Of a stretch of 64,000 bases of DNA, positions 17,555-27,000 are shown in pieces. This stretch comes from Patescibacteria group bacterium (lineage in GTDB: Bacteria; Patescibacteriota; Patescibacteriia; JACRDY01): positions 167,659 to 231,658 of the forward strand of contig JBAZLA010000002.1 in the NCBI GenBank assembly GCA_041650515.1, read 5' to 3'. The notes beneath the pieces are model-generated. The model was not told where the DNA came from. It worked only from the letters and a program-made list of their open reading frames with translations, and searched no databases. Numbering within the stretch: the first letter of the stretch is position 1; each line of letters begins with the position of its first letter. Position numbers and translations under genes: made by a program.

Positions 17555-20500
17555 CTAGAAGCTGATCGTACCACCAGTAACCGGTAGGTTCTTGGTTAGA
17601 GCGCTGTCAACGTTAGAGCCGGATTCGGACACTAACTCAGCATCTCGCCATTCCAAACCAGCAGTAGTGGAATTGCCCGCCGCTGGAGCACTAACAGCCA
17701 CCTGTAATGTCTTGTCGCTAGCACCACCAGTGGTGTCACCAACTAAGACAACATTCAAGCTAGTGCCTTCAGCAACCTGTAGATTGCTTGTGGCAGCAGT
17801 TGAACCGAAGAGCGAAGTCGCATCGGCAGTGGCGTTAAAGTCAGAGGCATTCAACCAAGCTGTACCAGTTGCCCAGTGAACATACTTGACGCTAGTATCA
17901 GCCGTACAAGTAGTACCACCGTTGGTTGTACCATAGAGATACATTACGCCGGTACCAGTAATGGTTGAAGTACCGCTACGGACGAATTCAATGTCTTCGA
18001 CATCGACGTCCGCACCAGTCGCGGTCAAAGTCAGACAGAGGACACTGTTGCCAGTACCCGGAGTCTTAACACCCGAAGGTGAACCGCTGGCCAAAGCTAC
18101 GGTTAGAACACCATCATAAGCGTAGAAGGTGTTAGAACCATAAACACTACCGCTACCATCACCGACGCTGTCGATGTTGGCTTTGGCAATAGTCTGACCA
18201 GAGCTAGCGCCGGTCGCTACGATATAGTAGTTACCAACACCGCCCCATTCATTACCACCATTGTAACTAGCCGCTGGTGTCGTGCTGTCAGAAATACCGA
18301 TGACGATGGAGTCACCAGAATTTAGGTTGGCCTTAGCTGAAAGGTCAGCCTTGATTGACAACACTTTGTAACCATCGCGAGGAACCACGAAGGTACCAGG
18401 ATTAAGAACAAAGGTAGCATACTTATCAGCATTCAAATTTAAGGTCGAACCAATCTGAGTCGCGCCGTCATACAATTTGACGTTAGCGAAGTCAGCAACA
18501 GTACCGTTTAAGTAAACAGTAATTTGGCTGACATCAATCGGTTCATAAGAAGCCTCAAACTTGTACTTCATCAATAGGTTGCCAGTCGAAGCCGCAACTA
18601 ATTGAGAAGCCGCTGGGTAGTCAGAAGCGCGATTAACTTTCAAGATACCATTGTCAGCTAGGGTCTGGGCTTGGCCATTACCAGAGTAAGATTTACTCGG
18701 GGTTTGACCAGTCGACCAACCAACAGCGGTAACATTGTCGGAAGCAATATTGTAAGCGTGAGAACCGCTACCAGCATTACCGACCACATCAGCCTTCAAG
18801 GTTAAACGGCTAACATTTGATTTGCTAACCTTTAATGGGCTCTTGAAGGTGAAAGTAACGGTATTAGCATTGGTAGAAGTGGAGGTTGAAGTCTGCAACA
18901 TAACGTTCTCAGCTGTTGCATCAGTATTGTCTGGGTCACCCCATAACTCTAGGTTGGCTAAGTCGGCATAAGCCGCAGCGCCACCCAAAGTGTCGGTAAC
19001 AATCAGCTGAGTTATCTTGATATCTTCACCACCATTGGTAGCGTCAAAATCAAAATAAGCAAAACTCTGGTCCATACCATTGGTCACCATTGTGCCGACG
19101 ACCGGAATGGTCGCAGTGCTAATCGCCAAGGCTGGGCCTTGAACGGTCTGAACATTACCATCAACCGTCGAAGCGGTTGTCGAGGTAACGGTCTTACCAG
19201 AGTTAGCACCCTTAACGGTCAACTTGGTCGCTGGAGTGTTCAATTTGATTTGAGCAGTATCCAACGCCGAAGTGCCTGTTGAAACATCGGCTTTAATGGT
19301 GTAAGTGGTCGTACCAACCGGCACCTGAACAGAATCAGTAAAGGTGACGGTGTTGCCTGAGCTGGTATCAACTGGACCAGCAACGATTAGACCATTGGGG
19401 TCATACATCGTCACGTTGGTCAATTGATCATAAGTCATGGTACCAAAGGTCACACTATAGATCTGATTGGTAACATTGATTGGCTCACCAGTAACCACGA
19501 AATCATAAGCCACTAAGGCAGCTTGAGTGCCACCCTGAGCGATATAACCAGTCGCTGGGGTTGAGGAACTCTTGTTGACCTGTAAAGTGCCCTGATTAAT
19601 GGTTTGGGTCTGGCAAGTACCAGCCGCGGCGCAGAAATTATTTCTAGTGGGAGTGAGACCATAACCGTAGGTCAAACCCTTGGCCATAATGGTGTAAGCA
19701 ACGCCATCATGAAGATCAAAGGCAACCGTGCGGCCGGAACCACTACCAGTCAAAGAAGCTAAGATACTCAATTCAATTGATTGCCCCTTGGCAATATCAA
19801 CATTCAAGCCAGAGAAGACAGCCTTACCATTGCCGTCCAAAGAAGCCACAGTGGCTAAAGTGGTACCGGCAGTATCATTGACCAATTTGATGTCTTTGAT
19901 ATCGCTGGCAGCAGCTGTACCGTTCTTAATCGCGGTTAACTGAGTGATTTTGACACCCTCAGCACCACTGGCCGTAATCTTGATTTGAGTTAAGCGAGCA
20001 TCAACCGCATTGGGGTCAATACCAGTATCAGAACTGGGATTGAGCGTACCATTATACAATTGAGCGGCACCAATACCAACTGAAGAAATGGTCATCACAT
20101 TACCCATAATCGGGAATGTGCCACCAACAGAGGCAGTGGTAGTCAAATCGCTGGCAGCGTTAATCGCTAAACCAACTTGATGACCAGAAACCGCACCAGT
20201 AGGAGTACAAAGAGTACCACCAGTAACATCAGCAATATCAGCAGCTAAACCCAATTTAACCGTGCTATTAGCAGGAATGGCTAAATTGATGTTGTTGAAA
20301 GCGGCTTGATGAGCTGAATTCAAATTCTGGGAAGTACCCAATTGAATACCATCTTTATATAATTTAACGCTACCTAGGTTAGCATCAGCACCTAAACCGA
20401 CGCGAGTAACTTTCAAAGAAGTTAAAGTCGCGGCGTCAGCGCCAGCCGTCAAATTGACATAAGTCATGACGGTATTGGCTGCACAGTAAGGTACTGAACC

Positions 20501-21271
20501 AGCCGCTGGAGTCTCAGAGGCCAAAGACAAGGTCAACGCGCCAGTGGTAACTGGACCGATGGGTTGTTGAGCTGTATTGGTCAAATTCATCTCAGCGCCG
20601 GTGATTGCAGCACCGTCGGAATAAGTTAAAGTGTCAGAAATAGTCAAAACATCACTTAACTTATAGCGATTCGCGGTGAAGGCATCTTGAGAAGCAAAAG
20701 CTCTCTTTAAGCCACCATCCGCCATGTAATACATAGTAGCGCCACTAGCATACTTGACTAATGAACCGGCTGGGTGAACGTTAGAAGCTAAAGCTGTACC
20801 AATTGTGTAATTGGTAAAGAAAGCATCTGGAACGTCAACAACCCGTTGGGCCCAGTTAGCGCCATACAAAGTGGTCGCGCGAGCTTCACTATCAATGTGT
20901 CGTAAAACACCATTGGGTTCGACAGCGTAGACTTTGGGGTCAGTAGTGATTTTGGCCAATTTAGTACCTGGTCTCATCACTACGTTACCGCCCAAAAGAT
21001 AGGACTCTAATTCAGAAGCGTCGATAGTCTTAACACCAGAGAAGTCACTGTACCATGAAAAGTAAGTAGCTTCATTGGGGAAGACATATCTCTTGCCACC
21101 ATAGAAATAATACAATGAAGGCAAGCCGTCTTTCTTAATTAGGTCGCCATCTAAAGCTGCAGCGCCAGCACCCATAGGCAATAAGGCCGCTAAGCCAATC
21201 GCCCAAAAAATGGTGGTCACAACAACAGAGACGGTGAAAACTTTTTTAATTAATTTTGTCATATTAGACAT
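17555..21271 (-). CDS. Giant secreted Thr/Gly/Ala-rich surface (S-layer-like) protein
   Basis: 1238 aa. Signal peptide region IFWAIGLAALLPMGAGAAA. The N-terminal region carries the shared ~45-aa paired repeat (KRYVFPNEATYFSWY...VKTIDASELESY). The rest is a low-complexity T/S/G/A-rich beta-type region. A terminator hairpin lies at 17486-17513. Confidence 0.65.
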   Translation of the reverse strand: MSNMTKLIKKVFTVSVVVTTIFWAIGLAALLPMGAGAAALDGDLIKKDGLPSLYYFYGGKRYVFPNEATYFSWYSDFSGVKTIDASELESYLLGGNVVMRPGTKLAKITTDPKVYAVEPNGVLRHIDSEARATTLYGANWAQRVVDVPDAFFTNYTIGTALASNVHPAGSLVKYASGATMYYMADGGLKRAFASQDAFTANRYKLSDVLTISDTLTYSDGAAITGAEMNLTNTAQQPIGPVTTGALTLSLASETPAAGSVPYCAANTVMTYVNLTAGADAATLTSLKVTRVGLGADANLGSVKLYKDGIQLGTSQNLNSAHQAAFNNINLAIPANSTVKLGLAADIADVTGGTLCTPTGAVSGHQVGLAINAASDLTTTASVGGTFPIMGNVMTISSVGIGAAQLYNGTLNPSSDTGIDPNAVDARLTQIKITASGAEGVKITQLTAIKNGTAAASDIKDIKLVNDTAGTTLATVASLDGNGKAVFSGLNVDIAKGQSIELSILASLTGSGSGRTVAFDLHDGVAYTIMAKGLTYGYGLTPTRNNFCAAAGTCQTQTINQGTLQVNKSSSTPATGYIAQGGTQAALVAYDFVVTGEPINVTNQIYSVTFGTMTYDQLTNVTMYDPNGLIVAGPVDTSSGNTVTFTDSVQVPVGTTTYTIKADVSTGTSALDTAQIKLNTPATKLTVKGANSGKTVTSTTASTVDGNVQTVQGPALAISTATIPVVGTMVTNGMDQSFAYFDFDATNGGEDIKITQLIVTDTLGGAAAYADLANLELWGDPDNTDATAENVMLQTSTSTSTNANTVTFTFKSPLKVSKSNVSRLTLKADVVGNAGSGSHAYNIASDNVTAVGWSTGQTPSKSYSGNGQAQTLADNGILKVNRASDYPAASQLVAASTGNLLMKYKFEASYEPIDVSQITVYLNGTVADFANVKLYDGATQIGSTLNLNADKYATFVLNPGTFVVPRDGYKVLSIKADLSAKANLNSGDSIVIGISDSTTPAASYNGGNEWGGVGNYYIVATGASSGQTIAKANIDSVGDGSGSVYGSNTFYAYDGVLTVALASGSPSGVKTPGTGNSVLCLTLTATGADVDVEDIEFVRSGTSTITGTGVMYLYGTTNGGTTCTADTSVKYVHWATGTAWLNASDFNATADATSLFGSTAATSNLQVAEGTSLNVVLVGDTTGGASDKTLQVAVSAPAAGNSTTAGLEWRDAELVSESGSNVDSALTKNLPVTGGTISF

Positions 21272-21475
21272 TAATCTCCTTTAATCCAGTACTCACTGCT
21301 AATGCCCAATTGGGTCGCACCAACAGCTTTATACTAGAATTTTTTAATTATGCAAAAGCATTCCCCCTTTGGAGAATCCGACCTTTAGAGCTTTTACAAG
21401 TTAATAACATATAAATTTTTAACCCTTATCGACGTTACCGACTTGGGCTAAAATTTAATTAATTATTTTTTTACA

Positions 21476-22639
21476 TTAATTATTAGTGTTGGTCACCGGA
21501 ACGGTAGAGCTAGTATTGGTATTAGTCACTGGGATAACCGGAGCGATATTAGTATTGGTATTAGTATTATCTATTGGAACTGTTGAATCGGGCACGACTG
21601 GATTGCTCTCTTGTTTAATAATAACCGCTTCAATATTACTTAAAATCTCTTGACTAAATTGCACTTTGGCTAAGGAACCGTTTAAATCACTGGCTAGTAA
21701 TAACTCTTTGGCTTCGGCTAATAGTTTTTCAGCCGCTGTTAATTCTTCAGCTGGATCCAAACTGGTTGGCGGCAACTCGGCCGAAGTGGTGGCCGTCACC
21801 GCGGTATCTTCAACTTTAACTAAATCTTTAATCAACTGATTAATTTTATTGATTCGTTCCTCGGTGCTACTAATCTTTTCGTTTAAGGTGCCAGCGACTT
21901 CTTGAGAAATAGCCGCACCCGCTTCACCGGCTTTATAGTTTTCAACGATTACCACTAAGGCCTTATCACTGGTCGCTTCGGAAACTTTTAATGATTCCTG
22001 AACCGCTGGGGTGTTATCTTCAATATTCTCTTTATTTAAAATGTCGGCGTACTCTTTAGTCTGTTTACTAATTGTCCCCGCCAAGGCAGTCGCCTCCTGG
22101 GTCTGACCAGCGGACTGTAGTTTTTCTAAACGGCCAGCGGCGGTAGTTAAATTATCTTGGAAATTTTTCAAAGGTTCTTGAACTTTGGTCTGGTCTTCTT
22201 TAACTTTTTTAAACTCTTCCAACCGGCGACCAGCAAACTCAACCTCTAGATTGGCCTTATCCTGATCGGCCATAGTCAAGGCGACCTGCATCCGTTCGGT
22301 AGTCAATTTGACCGGATACAAAATATCACCGGGCAAACTACGATCAGCCCAAACGGTAGTGATCGAAGAACCAAAGACCAAAACGAACATTACAAAAATT
22401 GCCGCCGTTACTTTAGCCGCCAGCCGACTCGGAAAAAACAAAGTAACAGCTTGCCAGGTAAAATTGGCGCCGGCTTTAGAAAAAATTTGGAGATCAGCTC
22501 CGCGCTGCGCTTTAATAACGGATAACAAAATATCCCGGTTTTTACCTACCCACTCGGGGTTAGGCTGACCGGTTTTTAATTCTTTGATACGTTTGATGAG
22601 CAAATTGTTATTCATCAGATAAAGGTTTAGAAGATTCAA
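21476..22639 (-). CDS. Putative membrane-anchored anti-sigma factor
   Basis: 387 aa. Overlaps the stop of the upstream ECF sigma gene by ~30 nt. Single TM helix (AIFVMFVLVFGSSITTVWA), a coiled-coil-like extracytoplasmic domain, and a C-terminal NTNTN low-complexity tail. Assignment is by context only. Confidence 0.4.
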   Translation of the reverse strand: MNLLNLYLMNNNLLIKRIKELKTGQPNPEWVGKNRDILLSVIKAQRGADLQIFSKAGANFTWQAVTLFFPSRLAAKVTAAIFVMFVLVFGSSITTVWADRSLPGDILYPVKLTTERMQVALTMADQDKANLEVEFAGRRLEEFKKVKEDQTKVQEPLKNFQDNLTTAAGRLEKLQSAGQTQEATALAGTISKQTKEYADILNKENIEDNTPAVQESLKVSEATSDKALVVIVENYKAGEAGAAISQEVAGTLNEKISSTEERINKINQLIKDLVKVEDTAVTATTSAELPPTSLDPAEELTAAEKLLAEAKELLLASDLNGSLAKVQFSQEILSNIEAVIIKQESNPVVPDSTVPIDNTNTNTNIAPVIPVTNTNTSSTVPVTNTNN

Positions 22640-23180
22640 TAATATCTTTTAAAGCTTTAATGGCTCGATAGGCCAATACCCGAACGTTGCCCTTAGTTTT
22701 GTTGGTCACCCGCGCTACCTCGCCAGTCGACAGGCCATCCAGGTAACGTAGAATGATAATCTCGCGGTATTCATCTTTTAATTTGCGAATCGCTTTTTCT
22801 AGCACCTCAGCATCAGCCTGTAGATCTAACTGCTGATCAACGGCCAAACGGTGATCTGGTATTTGTTCCAACATCTCTTGGTTATCATCTTCTCTAACTA
22901 TCTTCTGCTGCGACTTTTGGCGGTAGTGGTCAACCACTAAGTTTCTAGCCACCTGATAGACAAAAGCGTTGAGGTGATCAATTTTTTTATTATCAGCGAG
23001 ATGCTGCCAAATTTTTAAGAACACTTCTGAGGTCAGGTCTTCGGCCTCTTCAGCCGAAGAAACTTTGTAGAAAATGAAGCGATAAATCTTGCTAACATAC
23101 AAATCGTAAAACTGTCCAAAAACTTCTGGGTCCTTAGTTTTGAGCTTTAACAAAAAAAATTTAGGAAAGAGATTGGACAT
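22608..23180 (-). CDS. ECF-type sigma-70 family RNA polymerase sigma factor
   Basis: 190 aa. Region 2 motifs FGQFYDLYVSKIYRFIFYKV...DLTSEVFLKIW. Region 4 HTH TGEVARVTNKTKGNVRVLAYRAIKAL. Confidence 0.8.
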   Translation of the reverse strand: MSNLFPKFFLLKLKTKDPEVFGQFYDLYVSKIYRFIFYKVSSAEEAEDLTSEVFLKIWQHLADNKKIDHLNAFVYQVARNLVVDHYRQKSQQKIVREDDNQEMLEQIPDHRLAVDQQLDLQADAEVLEKAIRKLKDEYREIIILRYLDGLSTGEVARVTNKTKGNVRVLAYRAIKALKDIIESSKPLSDE

Positions 23181-23317
23181 TAATTTAGACGTAATAAAGG
23201 TAAAAACGTTACAGTATTATAATATAGGGTTTGGTAAAAGTAAAACGATTTAGATTTAATTTTAAACATAATTTCAACCTAAATACAAAAATTTAGCAAA
23301 CTAATAACAATACCATC

Positions 23318-23415
23318 ATTGCGAGAACTCCGATGTAAATCGGAGGACGAAGCAATCTGGTGGATCATCCAGGAGATTGCTTCGCTCCGCTGGCTGGCGA
23401 AGCTCGCAATGACAT
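23318..23415. repeat. Palindromic element family 'TCATTGCGAG...CGAAGCAATCT', copy 1
   Basis: tcattgcgag...cgaagcaatct-ggtggatcatccagg-agattgcttcg...ctcgcaatgaca. Nested inverted repeats. In the divergent sigma-factor / HTH promoter region. Confidence 0.7.
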
Positions 23416-23540
23416 TTCTTGTTTTTTGTCCACAATATTCTAGACAAACATCAATAAAATATGCTATAATAACCTTATAAAACCTACTAATTATAAAAAT
23501 CTGGGATAGGATATATTATCTCGTCCCCACCCTAAATATT

Positions 23541-23852
23541 ATGCCCACTCCCCCGCTGCGACTAAGTATTTCTGAGGCCGAAAAACTCTTTGGCCTCAGC
23601 TCAAAAACCCTGCGCCGGGCCATCAAGAATGGCGAAGTTAACTACATTGTAGTTCGCGGTCGTTATCGTCTTAATTTTGATAACCTCTTAAAATGGTCTC
23701 AAAAACGCCCAACCACCAAAAATAAGCTAGAACATCAAGGACTTGGTCAATATGTGGAAAAATGGAAAATCAACAATAAATATTATTCCCCTAACCCCGA
23801 ATTGGCTAAGTTATCCACAGTCAAAATAGATAAAAAAAACACCAAAAAATGA
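23541..23852 (+). CDS. Small HTH DNA-binding protein (excisionase/MerR-like), hypothetical
   Basis: 103 aa. LSISEAEKLFGLSSKTLRRAIKNGEVNYIVVRGRYRL resembles an HTH_17 / excisionase-type helix-turn-helix. Divergent from the sigma-factor gene. Terminator at 23962-23990. Confidence 0.45.
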   Translation: MPTPPLRLSISEAEKLFGLSSKTLRRAIKNGEVNYIVVRGRYRLNFDNLLKWSQKRPTTKNKLEHQGLGQYVEKWKINNKYYSPNPELAKLSTVKIDKKNTKK

Positions 23853-23961
23853 TATAATTAATAAGGTAATAATAATCACCTCTATGAATCGACCTGGAGA
23901 CTCGATTAATTTATTTGGTACTAAATCTAATTTTTTAAATATTCTAATAACTAATAAATAG

Positions 23962-23990
23962 AAACGGCGTTCAGCCGTTTATTTTATTTC
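23962..23990 (+). terminator. Intrinsic terminator after the HTH gene
   Basis: aaacggcgttcagccgttt followed by attttattt. Confidence 0.55.
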
Positions 23991-24000
23991 TCAAAAAAAT

Positions 24001-27000
24001 ATGGAAAAAGTAAAAAAATTTCCAAAAACACACTCGCGTCTTTTCTTAACCGGAGCGGCCGCCCTAGTTTTAGTTATCGGTATCTATTCCGCTGTGCTTT
24101 ATCCCCTAACCGGAACTAAAGCTATACCACTGCCCCCGAGTGAATTAGCTGACGCCTCTGCTGCTCCTCAAGGATTAGCTGATGGCGTGACTGGTGCCGA
24201 AGACACCACCTGGACTTTTACTTTTGATAATACTGGCGGCGAGGCTTTGACTGCTTTTGATCCGCCAGGAGTGATGACTCAAGACATGATTAAAATCACC
24301 CTGCCTAACGTTGAGCAAGGTAGCCCGTGGTTTTCTAGTCCTGATGATTTGGTGGTGACCGCTAACCCAGGGGCCACGGGTTTAATTTTCCAAGGTAATT
24401 TTTATGCCAACGACGCTCGGCTCACCTATGACGGTCAAGAATATGTTAATTCGACCGAGGACGGAGATGAAACTGCCATTTACTACAACGGCGGTGGCAT
24501 GGACGGTATGATTTCAGTTAGCGAGGACAATACAGAAATTGATCTGGCCGACGGCATTAATGATTTTAATTTAGCTCTCTGTGAAGTTGTTGTTTCAGCT
24601 GGAGGAGAACCAGTAATGAGCTTTCCCACAACCCTTTTTGCCAGAAATGATAATTATCCTGACGCTGCTACCTTGGAGACAGAAGTCGATTCTTGGACAA
24701 TGGACGACGGGGAAGGCGGCGAGATGACAATCGACTTAACCATCGACCTCTGGGCACCAGCGGCTTTAACTGCCAACGGCGCTAATACTGCCTATACCTG
24801 GAATACACCTGATGGTGTTACTTTTGATCAAGAACCGACCCTATATTTCGACGCTCAAAAAATTCTAGATCATTCTCAGCCAGATGGCCCGCCAGATATT
24901 ATCAAAATCCCGTTAGTGGACGGCCAAGATGCTCTGGGTGAATTTAGTATAACCATAGTTGGTTTAAATGTGCCTACTGCTCCCTTGGCTAATTTAGAAG
25001 ATCTAGAATTTATGCTAGAAACCTGCCGTTTAGCCGACCCGACGCAGCCGGATAGCGAGTGTGCTACTCTGGAAAGCGGTGTCTCGGTAGTCACTGTCGA
25101 CCGGCTGGGGGAAATGATTCCTTATAATGCCGATTTTGATCTTTATCCGGCCAACTACGCTACTGGGGAAAACACCAACTATACCATCTCTTTCACTGCC
25201 CCAAGCGGCTTAAGTGACACTAATAAAATTGTTTGGCAGTTCCCCGGCGGCTTTATCCTAACAGCGGCTGACGTGGAATTCGGCCTGCCTGACATTAATG
25301 GCACTGGCGCTGACACACCAGCCATTGCCCCGGACGATAACTCTGGTCTAGGCGGCGGCATCTATGCCAATACTATCAATGGCAAAAACCAACTGGAATT
25401 AACGGTCACCGGCACAGTCAATCCTGGCGATCAGGTCACAATTACAGTTAAAGACATCTATAATCCCAACATGGTGGATGTCTATCGCGGTTTTGGTATT
25501 TACACTGCCCTAGCTAACGGTGGTATTATTGATGGCTTACCAGCTAACGCCGGCCAAGAACCAGAAAGAAACGGCCCATCATTGCTTGAATCCCTGCCGA
25601 TCGGCGGCACTAATACAATCATCGGCACGGTGAAAAAAGACGAAGGCGCCGGCCCAGTCCCCTTGGAAGCGGACGAAGCAACCCAAATTATGATTGGCCT
25701 AGGCTGTCCAGATAAAGGCTACTTTGTTGGCCAAAAATATCTACAACCAGATGGCAGCTTCACCTACAATAATTTATTAGACTGTAACTACAAGATGAAT
25801 ACCGAACCGACTGATAAAGAAAATAACCCGACCTTCTTTATGGATTTTCTCCAGCCAGCGATGCTGGATATCCCGGCCCAAGGCGGGCAATCTTTCACTG
25901 TTGATCCGACTTTTATTGTGCCCGACGCTTACATCAGCGGCACGATAACTAGTGATGATTCAGTCGGCGGCAGTCAAATAGTTTTTATGAATGCTTTTAA
26001 TAGCACTCACATGTCCTGGTCACCAGTTTTTCAAGAAGACCCGATAGCTAATCCGGCCGCGGCGCCGGGTTTGACGGCGGAAGGCACTGGTTATTTTGTT
26101 CTGCCGGTCAAAAGCGACTACACCTGGTCAATCAACATCATGATAAATAACCAGACTCAAACGCTTATTGATCTAATAACTGATGACGAATACTGGCCAC
26201 CGGTGATTAGCCCGGTGGTAGTAGCTGAGGCCGGGGAAACTTATGATATTGGCGCGAACGCTTTTGTTAAAGCAGATAAAACCCTTAATATTTTTCTCCG
26301 CAACGCCCAAAACGACCAGATTATGAACTCAGCCTGCGTGGCGGTCCGTCGACCCAACCCGATGGGCTTTATGGGCGGTTTTGCTAAATGCTCCTCGCAG
26401 AATATCGGCGATGTTCAGGGCTACCAATTTAAAGTTCCTTCGGGCGCGCTTTTAGTGGATATCGGCCAATGGGGACTGGGTAAACCAATCCAGAAACAGA
26501 TTACCGTCAAAGCTAGCGACAATGCCGTGGATAAAACTTTTTATCTGGAAATGCCAACCTCCCATATTGACGTGACGGTCGAAGATAGTGATGGCAATCC
26601 CCTTAACCAGGTTTCGCTCTTTGCCCACGGCTCTAATGGCTTTGGCCAGGCGGTTACTGGTTCTCAGGGCCAAGCCACAATTTACGTTCGCGAAGGTGTT
26701 TATCGAGTAGAAGGGTTCGTACCTAACCTCGGCCAACTGGATGACCAAGATGGTATAGTCGTTAACGAGGAAACTAGCCCAGAAATAACCTTCACTGTTG
26801 ATGTTAGTGAATTAAATATTATTTCTGGCGTTGTTTATATTGATGCTAATAGTAATAGCGAATATGACGCTGGCGAAGGCGTTAGCGGCGCCCAAATCGG
26901 CTGCCATGGTCCTGATGGCGGTAACGGCACAGTCACTCTGACTGACGGCACTTACCAGTTGCGGGTCAAGGCCGGCACTTATAAAGTCGGCGGCTGGTCC

